Positions 45,484 to 55,086 of a stretch of 64,000 nucleotides of DNA are shown here, piece by piece. The translations under genes and the position numbers were made by a program. Numbering within the stretch: the stretch's first letter is position 1; each line of letters begins with the position of its first letter. This DNA is from Opitutus sp. (lineage in GTDB: Bacteria > Verrucomicrobiota > Verrucomicrobiia > Opitutales > Opitutaceae), in assembly GCA_024998815.1 (NCBI GenBank), contig JACEUQ010000003.1, positions 259,900 through 323,899 of the forward strand, in the 5' to 3' direction. The notes beneath the pieces are model-generated. The model saw only the letters and a list, made by a program, of their open reading frames with translations, made no database searches and had not been told where the DNA came from.

Positions 45484-46926
45484 TTACGCAGCGCGGAAGA
45501 GTGCTTCAGCCAAGAAGGGTGGCGCTTTTGATGAGTTCGTGGAGGGAGGGTCGGTCGACGTGAAGTCGGAGAAACTCTCTGGGGCGATCTGGTCGGCCCA
45601 GCATTCGCTGCGCAGGGTGCGCAAGAGGTCCCCCGTGGAACTGGTCGCAGGCGAGGCGCCCGAAGAGTGCGTGCGCCATTTGGGCGGGCGAAGATGCGGC
45701 GGCGGATCAGGGGTTTGCCCCGCAGGATCGCCGAAGAGCAGGGCGGCGATTAACAACAGCGCATAGGCGGCGACGGTGGCGGCGGGTTGGTTGCGGTTGG
45801 AGGCGGCGGTGCGCAGTTGTGCCTGGCCGGTGCCGATCAGGGTTTTCTCATCCCGGAAGTTTCCCTCGATGACCCAACGCCAGAGGTAATACTGGAGTTG
45901 GTCACCCACGGGCATATCCGGGTCGGTGCAAACCAAGAAGGCAGGCTGGCGATAGAGCAGCTTCGAGCCTGCGCGCAATCGGTAGCCCACCGGGGCGATC
46001 ACCATGACTTGCAACGGGAGCGTCGCCCCGGCTTTACGCCACAGCACCGGCCCGAGGGTCTTGATTTTAAAGGTGTGCTTTTTTCCGGCCGCATAAGCCT
46101 CGACGCTTTGCCAGGCCACGGTGTCGTCGGTGCGCAGCTCTTCCGGGGTCTGGACCGGCGCGCCATAGACCGGCGGGCGACCGGTGGCCGCGGGTGGTCC
46201 AGGCAGGGCGTTGAGCACGGCGTCCCGGCGGATCCGGCCGATATAAACGGTCTTGGCGGGCAGGCCCTTGAGTACGACCGCATTGGTGTAACTGCCATCG
46301 CCGGCGACCACCAGTTTGCGCGTGTCTGGCAGCGCCTGGCGAAGCTGCTGGATGCGGGCGAGCGCGACGACATTAAGCCGCTGCTGTTTTTTCTTCTCCG
46401 TGTACTGCTGAACCTCGTCGGTAGTGGCTTTTTTACCCGGCTTTGGCGGCGTCGGCGCGTGGGTGAAATCCACCGGAATCATCCGGGCGTGTCCGTCGGA
46501 ACCAGGCCAGGCCGCAGAGAGTTGCACATAGCGCTGGCCGCGCACCAGGTTGGTTTGGAACGCGGGGCCGAGCGGATCGCGTTTCCAGCCGACGCCGTCG
46601 ATCTTGACCCCGGTTTTGCGTACCAGGGTGTCATCGATGGCGGCCACCAACGGGGTAAGCGCCGGCAGGTTTACCTCAAGCTCATGGAGGACCGTGCGGA
46701 AAAGCCCCGCCGGCTTCACCCGGTCACGCGAATACAACCGGTAGTCGGCCGTCCAGTCCTGCTGGGCACGCCCGCACAGACAAATCAGGTTGGTAAGAGT
46801 CCCCCGGCACGGTGAAACCAGTGCCGCCATGAGATGCCCCTGCAGTCTCCGGGCGCACTCGGGGGCGGCGCAAGCCGCAGCACAAGCCCGTTTCATAAGT
46901 CGTCCCAGCCGATCGGATAAACCCAA
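45484..46926 (-). CDS. DDE transposase (IS701-like), copy 2
   Basis: Same as 20555-21997 except GDGSY and RWVIE. Confidence 0.88.
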   Translation of the reverse strand: MGLSDRLGRLMKRACAAACAAPECARRLQGHLMAALVSPCRGTLTNLICLCGRAQQDWTADYRLYSRDRVKPAGLFRTVLHELEVNLPALTPLVAAIDDTLVRKTGVKIDGVGWKRDPLGPAFQTNLVRGQRYVQLSAAWPGSDGHARMIPVDFTHAPTPPKPGKKATTDEVQQYTEKKKQQRLNVVALARIQQLRQALPDTRKLVVAGDGSYTNAVVLKGLPAKTVYIGRIRRDAVLNALPGPPAATGRPPVYGAPVQTPEELRTDDTVAWQSVEAYAAGKKHTFKIKTLGPVLWRKAGATLPLQVMVIAPVGYRLRAGSKLLYRQPAFLVCTDPDMPVGDQLQYYLWRWVIEGNFRDEKTLIGTGQAQLRTAASNRNQPAATVAAYALLLIAALLFGDPAGQTPDPPPHLRPPKWRTHSSGASPATSSTGDLLRTLRSECWADQIAPESFSDFTSTDPPSTNSSKAPPFLAEALFRAA

Positions 46927-47150
46927 CTGGACTTTTTTTTAACGCCTACGTCCACCAGCTCGGGCGTGACCGGCATAACGGGCGCGACCAGACTGCGTGA
47001 GAGGACCAAATGATGCGCGTCGGTGACGGTCCACTCGACGGCCTCCGACTTGGCGAACCCCATCGTCTGGGCGATGGAAGCGGGTAATGTCACATACCAC
47101 TGCTCACTGTTTTTGCGGATGATGCGCTGAACTTTGGTGGTGGTGCTCAT
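46893..47150 (-). CDS. AbrB/MazE-type orfA, copy 2
   Basis: Identical translation to 21964-22221. Confidence 0.75.
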   Translation of the reverse strand: MSTTTKVQRIIRKNSEQWYVTLPASIAQTMGFAKSEAVEWTVTDAHHLVLSRSLVAPVMPVTPELVDVGVKKKSSWVYPIGWDDL

Positions 47151-48256
47151 GGTCCGACACCATCGTTCATGGCCACGCTTTTTCCCATGGGCCCGACGCC
47201 CCATTTATCTCTACGGCCTTCTCCGGGCCAACTAGTCAGAGGCCAAACTCCAGCCTCGGCTTTGCCGAGTGTATCGATCAGGCGGGAAAACGGTAGCGGC
47301 GTGTTGATGAACATGTCCGCCATCCGGCCGTAATCGCGCTCGATTTCGGCCACTCGATGGGCTGGCGGAACGAGGCGTAAACTGCCCGGTATCGCCAAGT
47401 CGTAGTGCGCCCAGCTCGATGCGAAAAAACGGCTTTTGTGACGAACGACCCGAGCCAGCACATCAAAGCGAGTCAGGGCCGCTGCACTGGTTGGATGCGT
47501 CAGCAGGGCGGCAAAATCGGAGTAGTGCCGCGAGAAGCGGTCGCGCATCGGCTGTTCGGCCGGCCGGTGGTATTCAGCATGAAGGATGGTCGCCTTTTCC
47601 CAGAACGTGCGCTCCACCTCCAAGGCGACGACGCCACCATCGGGGGCGACCATTTCATGCGGGAATTCCTCCGCCACGATGGAGCGGACCGTGTGGTTTC
47701 CGGTGGGCTGTTGATCGGTGAGGGAGCCAAACTCGACCTTCACCTCAGGCCGCACGTAGGTCTCGTAAGGCACGGCGACCGGATAATGAAACAGAATGAC
47801 CGGCGAATGGGTGGCCGGATCGATGATGGCTTCGATTTTCCATGAGCGAGCAGGTAGGTTGCCCAGTTGCACCGAGAGCGCTTCGGTAATCAGCGGGGCG
47901 ATTTGGTCGCGCACAATCTCGGCACAGCGCGCCTCCAGTTGCTTTTGATTTTTATCGCGCTGTGTGCGCGAGGCCGCGTCCTCCAAGGTGGATTCGGCGA
48001 TGCCGAGGAAGGCAGGGCTGAGCGAAAGGTCGATGTCCTCCGAGAAACGGGCGATGATGTTAAAAACCTTCGAGAGGGAGGTGCCTCCTTTAAAGACCAG
48101 GTGCGGTCGCAGGGTGGGCAGAGCGAAAATTTCACGCAGCAACCAGCACACCCAGAAATCTTTTTCCACGAGCCAGGGGCGCACGCCACGACGGGCGGCC
48201 GCTTCGGTGAAAAACGCGGTATGATCGGCTACGGGGAGGCGGGCAAAGTTACGCAT
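47147..48256 (-). CDS. AbiEii-type nucleotidyltransferase toxin; native C-terminus replaced by IS sequence
   Basis: VEKDFWVCW, LVFKGGTSLSK, RFSEDIDL, RTFWEKATILH, SRHYSD; native part ends at 47254. Confidence 0.9.
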   Translation of the reverse strand: MRNFARLPVADHTAFFTEAAARRGVRPWLVEKDFWVCWLLREIFALPTLRPHLVFKGGTSLSKVFNIIARFSEDIDLSLSPAFLGIAESTLEDAASRTQRDKNQKQLEARCAEIVRDQIAPLITEALSVQLGNLPARSWKIEAIIDPATHSPVILFHYPVAVPYETYVRPEVKVEFGSLTDQQPTGNHTVRSIVAEEFPHEMVAPDGGVVALEVERTFWEKATILHAEYHRPAEQPMRDRFSRHYSDFAALLTHPTSAAALTRFDVLARVVRHKSRFFASSWAHYDLAIPGSLRLVPPAHRVAEIERDYGRMADMFINTPLPFSRLIDTLGKAEAGVWPLTSWPGEGRRDKWGVGPMGKSVAMNDGVGP

Positions 48257-48926
48257 GGTCGGAATCCTCGGCGATGGAGCGCAGCTGCGGGCGCATCCAT
48301 GCCGGGGCGAATTGGCTATCTTTGAGTAAATTTTTTCGGTCGGCCTCCGTGAGCACGGTGCGCAGGGTGGTGATCCGTTCTGGGGTGATGTGGTCTTTGC
48401 CGACATGCCGCAGGGCCTGAATGACCGTGCCGCTCAGCCGCCCGCTCGTTTCCAAGTTGCGAGGAGTCGTTCGCCGAAATCGGATTTCTTGCCGACCGAT
48501 CTTAACCAAACGAGTTGGACCGTCGGTTAGGAAGACGATTTTGGCGGGCACCTGTTCGGAAAGACGGAGGAGGTTGGCTGCATACGCGCCCGAGGGGAGC
48601 AGGCGTATGCGGTCGCTACCGACAAGGGCTTGAGCGATGGCGGCGGGATCGGGCGATAGCAGCCCGATACGCGGATGGGACTTGGGGTAGTCATAGAGCC
48701 CCCGAGTGAGCTTGCGGATTTTGCCCTGCGCGACCAACCGACCAAGCACGACACCGACGACACGAGGGTCGCCAAGATCGGCAAACGCTTTGGGGGTGAA
48801 GACCCACCCCCTGCCGTTGCCATTTATTCGTGCTAATAGCTTTTTTGATGACACTTGGGTAACCGTTATAGTCATCATATGTTGAAAAAACACCCTATTA
48901 TTTTCAACAAAAACTTTACGATTCAT
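48249..48926 (-). CDS. AbiEi-type antitoxin (DUF6088-like); exact start uncertain
   Basis: GKIRKLTRGLYDYP, LPSGAYAANLLRLSEQVPAKIVFLTDG; overlaps the toxin start. Confidence 0.85.
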   Translation of the reverse strand: MNRKVFVENNRVFFQHMMTITVTQVSSKKLLARINGNGRGWVFTPKAFADLGDPRVVGVVLGRLVAQGKIRKLTRGLYDYPKSHPRIGLLSPDPAAIAQALVGSDRIRLLPSGAYAANLLRLSEQVPAKIVFLTDGPTRLVKIGRQEIRFRRTTPRNLETSGRLSGTVIQALRHVGKDHITPERITTLRTVLTEADRKNLLKDSQFAPAWMRPQLRSIAEDSDHA

Positions 48927-49245
48927 CGGTGGATACAGGCTTGATGCGTATTTCTTGAATGAAAGGAGCCTTGGCGGATGGTCCCAGAATGAGCGCGTCG
49001 GTCTCCGGCCGGGCGATCAACGCTTGGCCAATACCGGAAGAAAGGACGCAAAACACCTCGTAGAGGCGTTTACCTTTAACCGTGATTTTATGGGAGGCGT
49101 AATCCAGTTCGAGAATGGTTTCATCGTTGGAAAGCGTGAAACCGAGCAGGGTGGCATACGGCAGCGATAGCCGTTCGCGCGGGGTTTCGAAGCGCAGGAA
49201 GCCGACGGAGTGATCGCTCGTGACGTAGCATTCGGCGAGTGGCAT
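48916..49245 (-). CDS. Hypothetical protein directly downstream of the relaxase
   Basis: 109-aa ORF, 3 nt after the relaxase stop. Confidence 0.6.
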   Translation of the reverse strand: MPLAECYVTSDHSVGFLRFETPRERLSLPYATLLGFTLSNDETILELDYASHKITVKGKRLYEVFCVLSSGIGQALIARPETDALILGPSAKAPFIQEIRIKPVSTDES

Positions 49246-49248
49246 GGA

Positions 49249-52092
49249 TTATTTGGCCTCCTGCTTTGGTGCGGAGGATTGGGTTGGGGCGTCTGTTTTG
49301 AGGCCGAGGGACCGCGATGATGATGGTTGGGCCGGGTGAAGATAATGGAGACAGGCCAGAGCGAGTTCGCGGCCATGCGCGATGCCGTTTGTCCAGAAGG
49401 ACCGGAGTTCGTGCACCGTGGTCTTGATTCGTGCACGGGCGGAAGTGGGAGGCGACGAGAGGGTGCGGGAAAATTCGGTAGCGCTGATGCGGTCTTCGCT
49501 TTTCAAGCGTGATGCATCCAGCAGCGCCTTGCGATCAGGCGTGTAGATGCGGATTTTCTCCCGTCCGCGCGTCGATGCGACGTAGAGACCTTCGCGGCTG
49601 ATGGGGTTGGTCATGAAGACCGCATCCACCGTCATGCCTTGGGACGCGTGCGAAGTGAGGGCGTAAGCGTGAACGACCTCACGGCTGAGAAGGGTTGCTC
49701 CATCCGTGAGGTGAATTCGACCAGAGGAATCGACACCGGCTACCGTGACGGTGCTACCGTTGGCAATGCGCCTGAGCTTCCCGTCGGGCATGGCGGCTTG
49801 ACCGACCGCCCGCAGGCGAAGCTCGTCACCTTTGGCGACGGACAGGGGGCGTTCATCCAGCACGGACCAACTGAGTCCGCTTTGTTTGGGTGAGACGGCG
49901 AACTCCGCCCCGTGAGCGGCGCGCACGATCACGCGTTCACCTTCTCGGCGGAGCACGGTGAGTTCGTCGCCTTTTTCAAAATACTTAGTGCCCTTTCGCG
50001 CAATGAGGACATGCCCCGTTTCATAATTTTGGACGTCCTTGTTTTGGGCGCGGGTCCAATCCTTCGGCCAGAGCGAACGAACTGTGTGATCATCGCCTTT
50101 TAAAATCTTGGCCGCTCTGAGGCGTTCTCGTGCGGTTTGATTGAGTACGAGGATTTCATCCCACGTCGGTGCGACCATGAGCCCGGTCTTGGGTGCGGTG
50201 TGCCGTGGTCCAGTGGTGTGGACGGTTTCAAACCATTCATCGACCATGCGCGAGCGGCGCTCGTGGGCGTCGTGTATTTCCACAATGGCGTCCATCGCAT
50301 CGAGGCGAGCCAGACCGCCATGAAGATTACCGGAAGCCAAGGCGGTGGCGGCTCGCAGATAGGCTGGGTTTTTGGACTGGCGGCGCATTTCGCTGATTTC
50401 GGCGACCGTGATACGACTTTCGCGTTCGACCAGGCGTGCGGCTGCACTGGCCTCCACGCTGGTATGTTGCGCGGCGTCACCCACAAGAAGGAGTCGGCAC
50501 GAGTGATTCTGTGAAAGGGCGATCAACCGGGTCAGATCATGAGTTGAAAGCAGGCCGTATTCGTCGATGACCAAGACCTTTCCGTGAATGGTCGTTTGGA
50601 GGGCGGAATCGATGAGTAGGCGCTGAACGGTATTGGTGGTGGATAGTGCCTGAGCGGCGGCACCATGGCCGACCGTCTTCTGTTGCGCACCGTCGCGTCG
50701 GAGGATTTCCACCGCCTTGGTGCTGGGGGCGAAACAGACGGTTTCGCGACCGGCAGACGCGCATCCTTCGATAATCGCAGCCAGGGAGTGCGTCTTGCCG
50801 GTGCCGGCCTTCCCGCGTAGTGCCATGACTTGATCGCGGCAATCGAGCAGGCGTTGCACGGCTTCGCTTTGCTCCTGACTCAACTGGGTCACGGTTGGCA
50901 TGCGGCCTAGTGGTAGTTCGCTTCCAATCCCGATATGAATTGCGGCGATGAGAGATTTTTCGTGCTGGATCGCTTCAGCCGTAGATACGCGGCCATCGAC
51001 CACCAGCAGGCCATTTTGACCGTGGGTAATCGCGTTTTTGATATCGGCCAGCGTGTGGTGTCCGTAGCCGGACCGGAACACCTCGGCGGTGAGCGTGTGA
51101 TCTTCGACCACCGCTTGCCGTTCGAAAACGTGTTCCTTGGCGTGCACAAGACAGTCCTTTAAACTTGGAACGTGCGCGACAATGGGTGCCGTGGCGGACT
51201 CACGCAGGCGACGCAGGGCCGTTAATTCGGACGCACTGACTTGGCCGAGCTGATGTGAGCGGACTTCCTCGGGCGACAGCTCCTTGAGCTTCCGTTGCCG
51301 GGTTTCTCGGACGAGAATGGCCACTTCGTCGTGGGTCAAGGTGCGCCCGAGTTCGAATTCCCGTTTACCGATGGCGGCATCACGATCTTGCGACCGTTTG
51401 GAGAAGCGGGCGATAAGCTCGGCCGGAATGCCCGCTAGCTCAAAACCATGCTCGGTCTTCTCGATTGAATAGCCCATCGCCATTAATTTCCGGGCCAGCT
51501 CATTCCGATAGATTTCGGTGAAATACCGAGCGCGGTCGAAAAGCTTCCCGGCTTCAAGTGCCACCAAGCTACCGTCCAGTGCGTCGCGAGTGACGTTGAA
51601 GATGAAGGAGTGGGAATGAAGTTGAGGGTCGAGGGCACGGCTTTCGCCGTGGCGGAAAACGGCGGCGGCGATGCTGCCGGTTGGCACATGGCGCTTGTTA
51701 ATCGCCTGCCCTGTTTGGCGTGCCGCGTGCCGTTCGACTTCTGTTAAGGTCGCGAGCACGGCGGCATCATGGGCTTCGATTAGTCGGGAGTCTTCACCGA
51801 TAAAGGCCTGAATTGAAACCGATTTCGGTGCAGAAAAAACAGCGTCACAGCCAGCCCGGCGTTCAGCTGCCATCCGCTGTGACAGTTGTTCACCGGTGAC
51901 CGCATGAGCGTTTTGAGAGAGCGCAGTGAAGGCATCATCCGAGATGCTGGTCCCTGCCGTGAGGCCGACCTTTGCGCACAGATTTCCGTAGCACATGCCT
52001 TCGATTTTTAGGTCCTCGGAATAGTAGTCGGCCTGACGCAGATACTGACCAAGCGCATGACCGTGGTCCTTACAGGTTCGGATGGTCAGCAT
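49249..52092 (-). CDS. MOBF (TrwC/TraI-like) relaxase-helicase
   Basis: N-terminal DYY, DAVFSAPKSVS, FRHGESRALDPQLHSH (HUH), GKAGTGKT, VIDEYG, LLVGDAAQH, HAYALTSHASQGMTVD. Confidence 0.93.
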   Translation of the reverse strand: MLTIRTCKDHGHALGQYLRQADYYSEDLKIEGMCYGNLCAKVGLTAGTSISDDAFTALSQNAHAVTGEQLSQRMAAERRAGCDAVFSAPKSVSIQAFIGEDSRLIEAHDAAVLATLTEVERHAARQTGQAINKRHVPTGSIAAAVFRHGESRALDPQLHSHSFIFNVTRDALDGSLVALEAGKLFDRARYFTEIYRNELARKLMAMGYSIEKTEHGFELAGIPAELIARFSKRSQDRDAAIGKREFELGRTLTHDEVAILVRETRQRKLKELSPEEVRSHQLGQVSASELTALRRLRESATAPIVAHVPSLKDCLVHAKEHVFERQAVVEDHTLTAEVFRSGYGHHTLADIKNAITHGQNGLLVVDGRVSTAEAIQHEKSLIAAIHIGIGSELPLGRMPTVTQLSQEQSEAVQRLLDCRDQVMALRGKAGTGKTHSLAAIIEGCASAGRETVCFAPSTKAVEILRRDGAQQKTVGHGAAAQALSTTNTVQRLLIDSALQTTIHGKVLVIDEYGLLSTHDLTRLIALSQNHSCRLLLVGDAAQHTSVEASAAARLVERESRITVAEISEMRRQSKNPAYLRAATALASGNLHGGLARLDAMDAIVEIHDAHERRSRMVDEWFETVHTTGPRHTAPKTGLMVAPTWDEILVLNQTARERLRAAKILKGDDHTVRSLWPKDWTRAQNKDVQNYETGHVLIARKGTKYFEKGDELTVLRREGERVIVRAAHGAEFAVSPKQSGLSWSVLDERPLSVAKGDELRLRAVGQAAMPDGKLRRIANGSTVTVAGVDSSGRIHLTDGATLLSREVVHAYALTSHASQGMTVDAVFMTNPISREGLYVASTRGREKIRIYTPDRKALLDASRLKSEDRISATEFSRTLSSPPTSARARIKTTVHELRSFWTNGIAHGRELALACLHYLHPAQPSSSRSLGLKTDAPTQSSAPKQEAK

Positions 52093-52224
52093 AGAACCCC
52101 CACCCATATTTTGGAGACACCAACGTCTGAGCGATTTCGCTTAGATTTTTCCCCTGCCGGTCGCTGGTGTTTTCCTTGGCGGTCCCCATTGGGCGCCCAT
52201 GATTTCCCCAACGATTTCCCAGTC
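52093..52224. promoter_or_regulatory. Candidate oriT and divergent promoter region
   Basis: Minus strand TCTAAGCG-AAAT-CGCTCAGA hairpin followed by CGTTGGTGTCT; GATTTCCC direct repeats at 52201 and 52213. Confidence 0.5.
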
Positions 52225-52584
52225 ATGAACGAACCCACCGCCAACGATTCCAAAAAACTTTCCCAGTTAATTGCCCAAGCTAAAGCCGGAAAAACAACCA
52301 AGGCGGATGCATTGGATATGCACCGTCGCGTTCTTCTTAAGGAACGAGCGGAGGGGACATCGGTGCGCATCTTGGTTGCGGCGTTGGGCCAAATGGGGAC
52401 GCACGTTTCAGAGGAGACGCTGCGCTTGTGGTTCGTGAAGCAGGAATCATCCTGCTCGCAGGCTCCGACACCGGAGCCAGTGCGGACTGTGACCAAGCCG
52501 AAAGTTTCGGTCAGTGTGCCTGTCAGCATTCGTGTGGTACAGTCGACTTTAACGGGGCCTCGGGTTGCACGGTCAGACATTTAA
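52225..52584 (+). CDS. Small basic protein divergent from the relaxase, possible relaxosome accessory DNA-binding protein
   Basis: 119 aa; GTSVRILVAALGQMGTHVSEETLRLWF looks HTH-like. Confidence 0.55.
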   Translation: MNEPTANDSKKLSQLIAQAKAGKTTKADALDMHRRVLLKERAEGTSVRILVAALGQMGTHVSEETLRLWFVKQESSCSQAPTPEPVRTVTKPKVSVSVPVSIRVVQSTLTGPRVARSDI

Positions 52585-53745
52585 GCTCCCTCCTTCCGCA
52601 GATACCGGAAATCGGGGCAAGGGCGCGTTTGTGCGACAACACGTGCGCGTCGCGTGAACCACCCGCCACGCAGCTTTTTTTGGTGAATAAGGATTTCTTG
52701 GTAAGGTTCGTCGTTTTTCAGCTTCTTGCTGCCGACAATCAAAAATCCTGTGACCTGGTAATCGTTCTCCTTTCCTCCGGTTTTTAGATTGTGGGTCGCC
52801 TGCGGCGGAAGGGCATCTTCAAGGATCGGCGTTTCACTGTGGGTATTTTTTCCGGATGCGTCTCGCCCATGGGTTTGCTTCGGGACCTCCTTTTGACCGC
52901 AAAGTTTCCGCATGTAGTCACCTGTTTCCGGTTCGTTGTTTTGCCAGAAGAGTTTTGTTCGAAGATTTCCGAGGAAGGTTGCGGTGAGGTCGGGTCCGAC
53001 GGCATCCCTCAGGGCCGGCACATGCTGAGTGACGGCGACGGTTGCGCATTTGGACGAACGGGCTGTTTCCTGAAAACTGACATCGGACCGTAGCAGCGTT
53101 TTCTGGCATTCATCCCAAATTATCGCCACCGGACGTTGACTGGGGTGCGATGCCCGCCGCTCCAACATACGCTGGACGCTTAATCGCAGTAGCCCGTTGG
53201 CGATTCGACCGATTTCTCGATACTCGTTAACAGGACAGTCACAGAGCAGGATTGCCCCATCCAGTAGTATTTCGGGGGTGTAATCTGTCCCGGCGAAGAA
53301 CATCCCATGCAAAGGCTCCCGCTGAAAAACGTCAGCACACCCGGATGAAAAGGTGAATAGAACGCTGTTTTTGGTGTCCGGTGGATACACGGCAAACTCT
53401 TGTAGAAAATAGCTGCGAGCTAGTTGCACGTTCCGGTCTCCGCCGGAGCGATTTACTGCTGATTCGATCATCTGCGCACACTTGGACTCCCGGCACCAAG
53501 TTGGATCTTTGGCCTGAGCAAGATTTTGGGGCGCAGATTTTACGACCGACACGATATCATCGAGGAGCAAGTCGTCGGTGGCGCGGAAGACCACGGTTAC
53601 CGCGTGGCGCACCATATTTTCGACCGCCTGCCGCCAGATGTGATCTGACCCCCACCGCCGATTCATTGAACAGCTAAACACCTGAATACTAACAAAGGAG
53701 CGGAATAAGCGGGACAAGCCCCAGGAATTCATTTTGGCTGGGTGA

Positions 53746-55086
53746 ATGATGCCGGCCGAAACGAACCCGTCGAACCCCCAAGGGGAGGTGATTTCGCTGC
53801 GCCACTTGCAGGTGCAGGTGCTAGACAGCCCCGAGTTAAACGCCCGAGCGCAGGGGCTGCTTGAGGAGCATCACTATCTGGGCGCGGTGAAACCGGTGGG
53901 CGAGCGGCTGCTGTACGCGGTGAGCGATGCGCAGGGCACCTGGGTGGCGGTGCTGGTGTTTGCGGCGGCGGCGCTGCACCTGCGCGGCCGGGAGGCGTGG
54001 ATTGGCTGGAGTGGCGAACAGCGCCGACGCCGATTGGCGCTGGTGGTCAACAACGTGCGGTTCCTGCTGCTGCCCAAGCCGGCGGTGCCCAACTTGGGCT
54101 CGGCGGTTTTGAGCCGGGTGCTCGGCCGGCTCAGTGCCGACTGGCAGTCGCGTTACGAGCACCCCGTGCTCGTCGTGGAAACCTTCGTCGACCCCGAGCG
54201 TTTTACGGGAAGTGTATACAAGGCATCCGGGTGGACCGAGTTGGGCCTGACCAAGGGCAACACGCGTAAGTCGCGCGATTACTACGAGCACCACGCCAAG
54301 CCCAAGCGCTTGTTTGTGCGCGAGCTGGAGCCCCGGGCCCGGAGAGCTCTTCAGGCAGGGCAGATCAAACCCTCGCTGGCTGCGGTGGAGGCGAAAGTTC
54401 CGGTGCGAAGTACCCTGAAGGCCCCCGATTTAATCAGCCTGGCGGAGGCCTTCCGGCAAGTGCCTGAATACCGCGCCTACATCGGGGCCTATCCCTTGCA
54501 CGCGCTGCTGGCGATCACGGCGGCGGCCTATCTGGCCGGAGCACCCCGCGGCCAACGTGACCTGGCCGCTTTCGCCCGCCGGCTCTCCCCGGTCCAACGC
54601 CAAGCCCTCGGGGTGATCCGCCGCCGCGGCAAATACGGCGCTCCCAGCCAGCCCACCTTTAGTCGGCTGTTCGCCCGCGTTCAGGCCTCGCGCATCGAGG
54701 AGGTTTTACTCGCCCACCAACGTCAGGTGCGAGGCGAGCCCCCCGACAGCGAGATCGTGGTCATCGACGGCAAAGTCCCCAAGCACAGCGGCGGACAAAA
54801 CGTCGTGACCGCGGTTACCTCGCCGAGCTTGTTTTATCTCGGCAGCGAGGTCGTCGCCGAAAAAAGTAACGAGATTCCCGCCGCCCGCGCCCTGTGTGAG
54901 AGACTCGATTTGGTCGATAAACTCGTGAGCCTTGATGCCCTGCATACCCAGGCGGACACCGCGCGGGCGATCGTACTGGAGCATGGCGGCGACTACCTGT
55001 TCACCGTCAAAGGCAATCAGCCCGGCTTGCAGAAAATCGTAGCAGCGCAAGTGCCCGATCCGGGCGCCCCTTTTTTGACCCGTTAA
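53746..55086 (+). CDS. DUF4338 (DruA-like) domain fused to the N-terminal part of an ISAs1 DDE transposase
   Basis: HHYLGA, WIGWS...VVNNVRFLLLP, ETFVDPERF...GLTKG; then VVIDGK, EKSNEIPAA, SLDALHTQ, YLFTVKGNQP. Confidence 0.85.
   Translation: MMPAETNPSNPQGEVISLRHLQVQVLDSPELNARAQGLLEEHHYLGAVKPVGERLLYAVSDAQGTWVAVLVFAAAALHLRGREAWIGWSGEQRRRRLALVVNNVRFLLLPKPAVPNLGSAVLSRVLGRLSADWQSRYEHPVLVVETFVDPERFTGSVYKASGWTELGLTKGNTRKSRDYYEHHAKPKRLFVRELEPRARRALQAGQIKPSLAAVEAKVPVRSTLKAPDLISLAEAFRQVPEYRAYIGAYPLHALLAITAAAYLAGAPRGQRDLAAFARRLSPVQRQALGVIRRRGKYGAPSQPTFSRLFARVQASRIEEVLLAHQRQVRGEPPDSEIVVIDGKVPKHSGGQNVVTAVTSPSLFYLGSEVVAEKSNEIPAARALCERLDLVDKLVSLDALHTQADTARAIVLEHGGDYLFTVKGNQPGLQKIVAAQVPDPGAPFLTR

Larger units (their letters stand above)
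45434..47253 (-). mobile_element. IS701-like insertion sequence, copy 2 (1820 bp)
   Basis: Same TIRs and ORFs as 20505-22324; two substitutions noticed in orfB; flanks come from two different genes. Confidence 0.92.

Noticed and set aside
20505-47253. 26.7-kb composite transposon bounded by the two IS701-like copies
   Set aside because: The outer flanks do not match (REP hairpin versus abiEii hairpin), and the span crosses the island border and includes core genes rlmN and gltB.
53746-55086. Druantia anti-phage system
   Set aside because: The DUF4338 domain is inside an IS and fused to a transposase; no DruE helicase or other dru genes are nearby.
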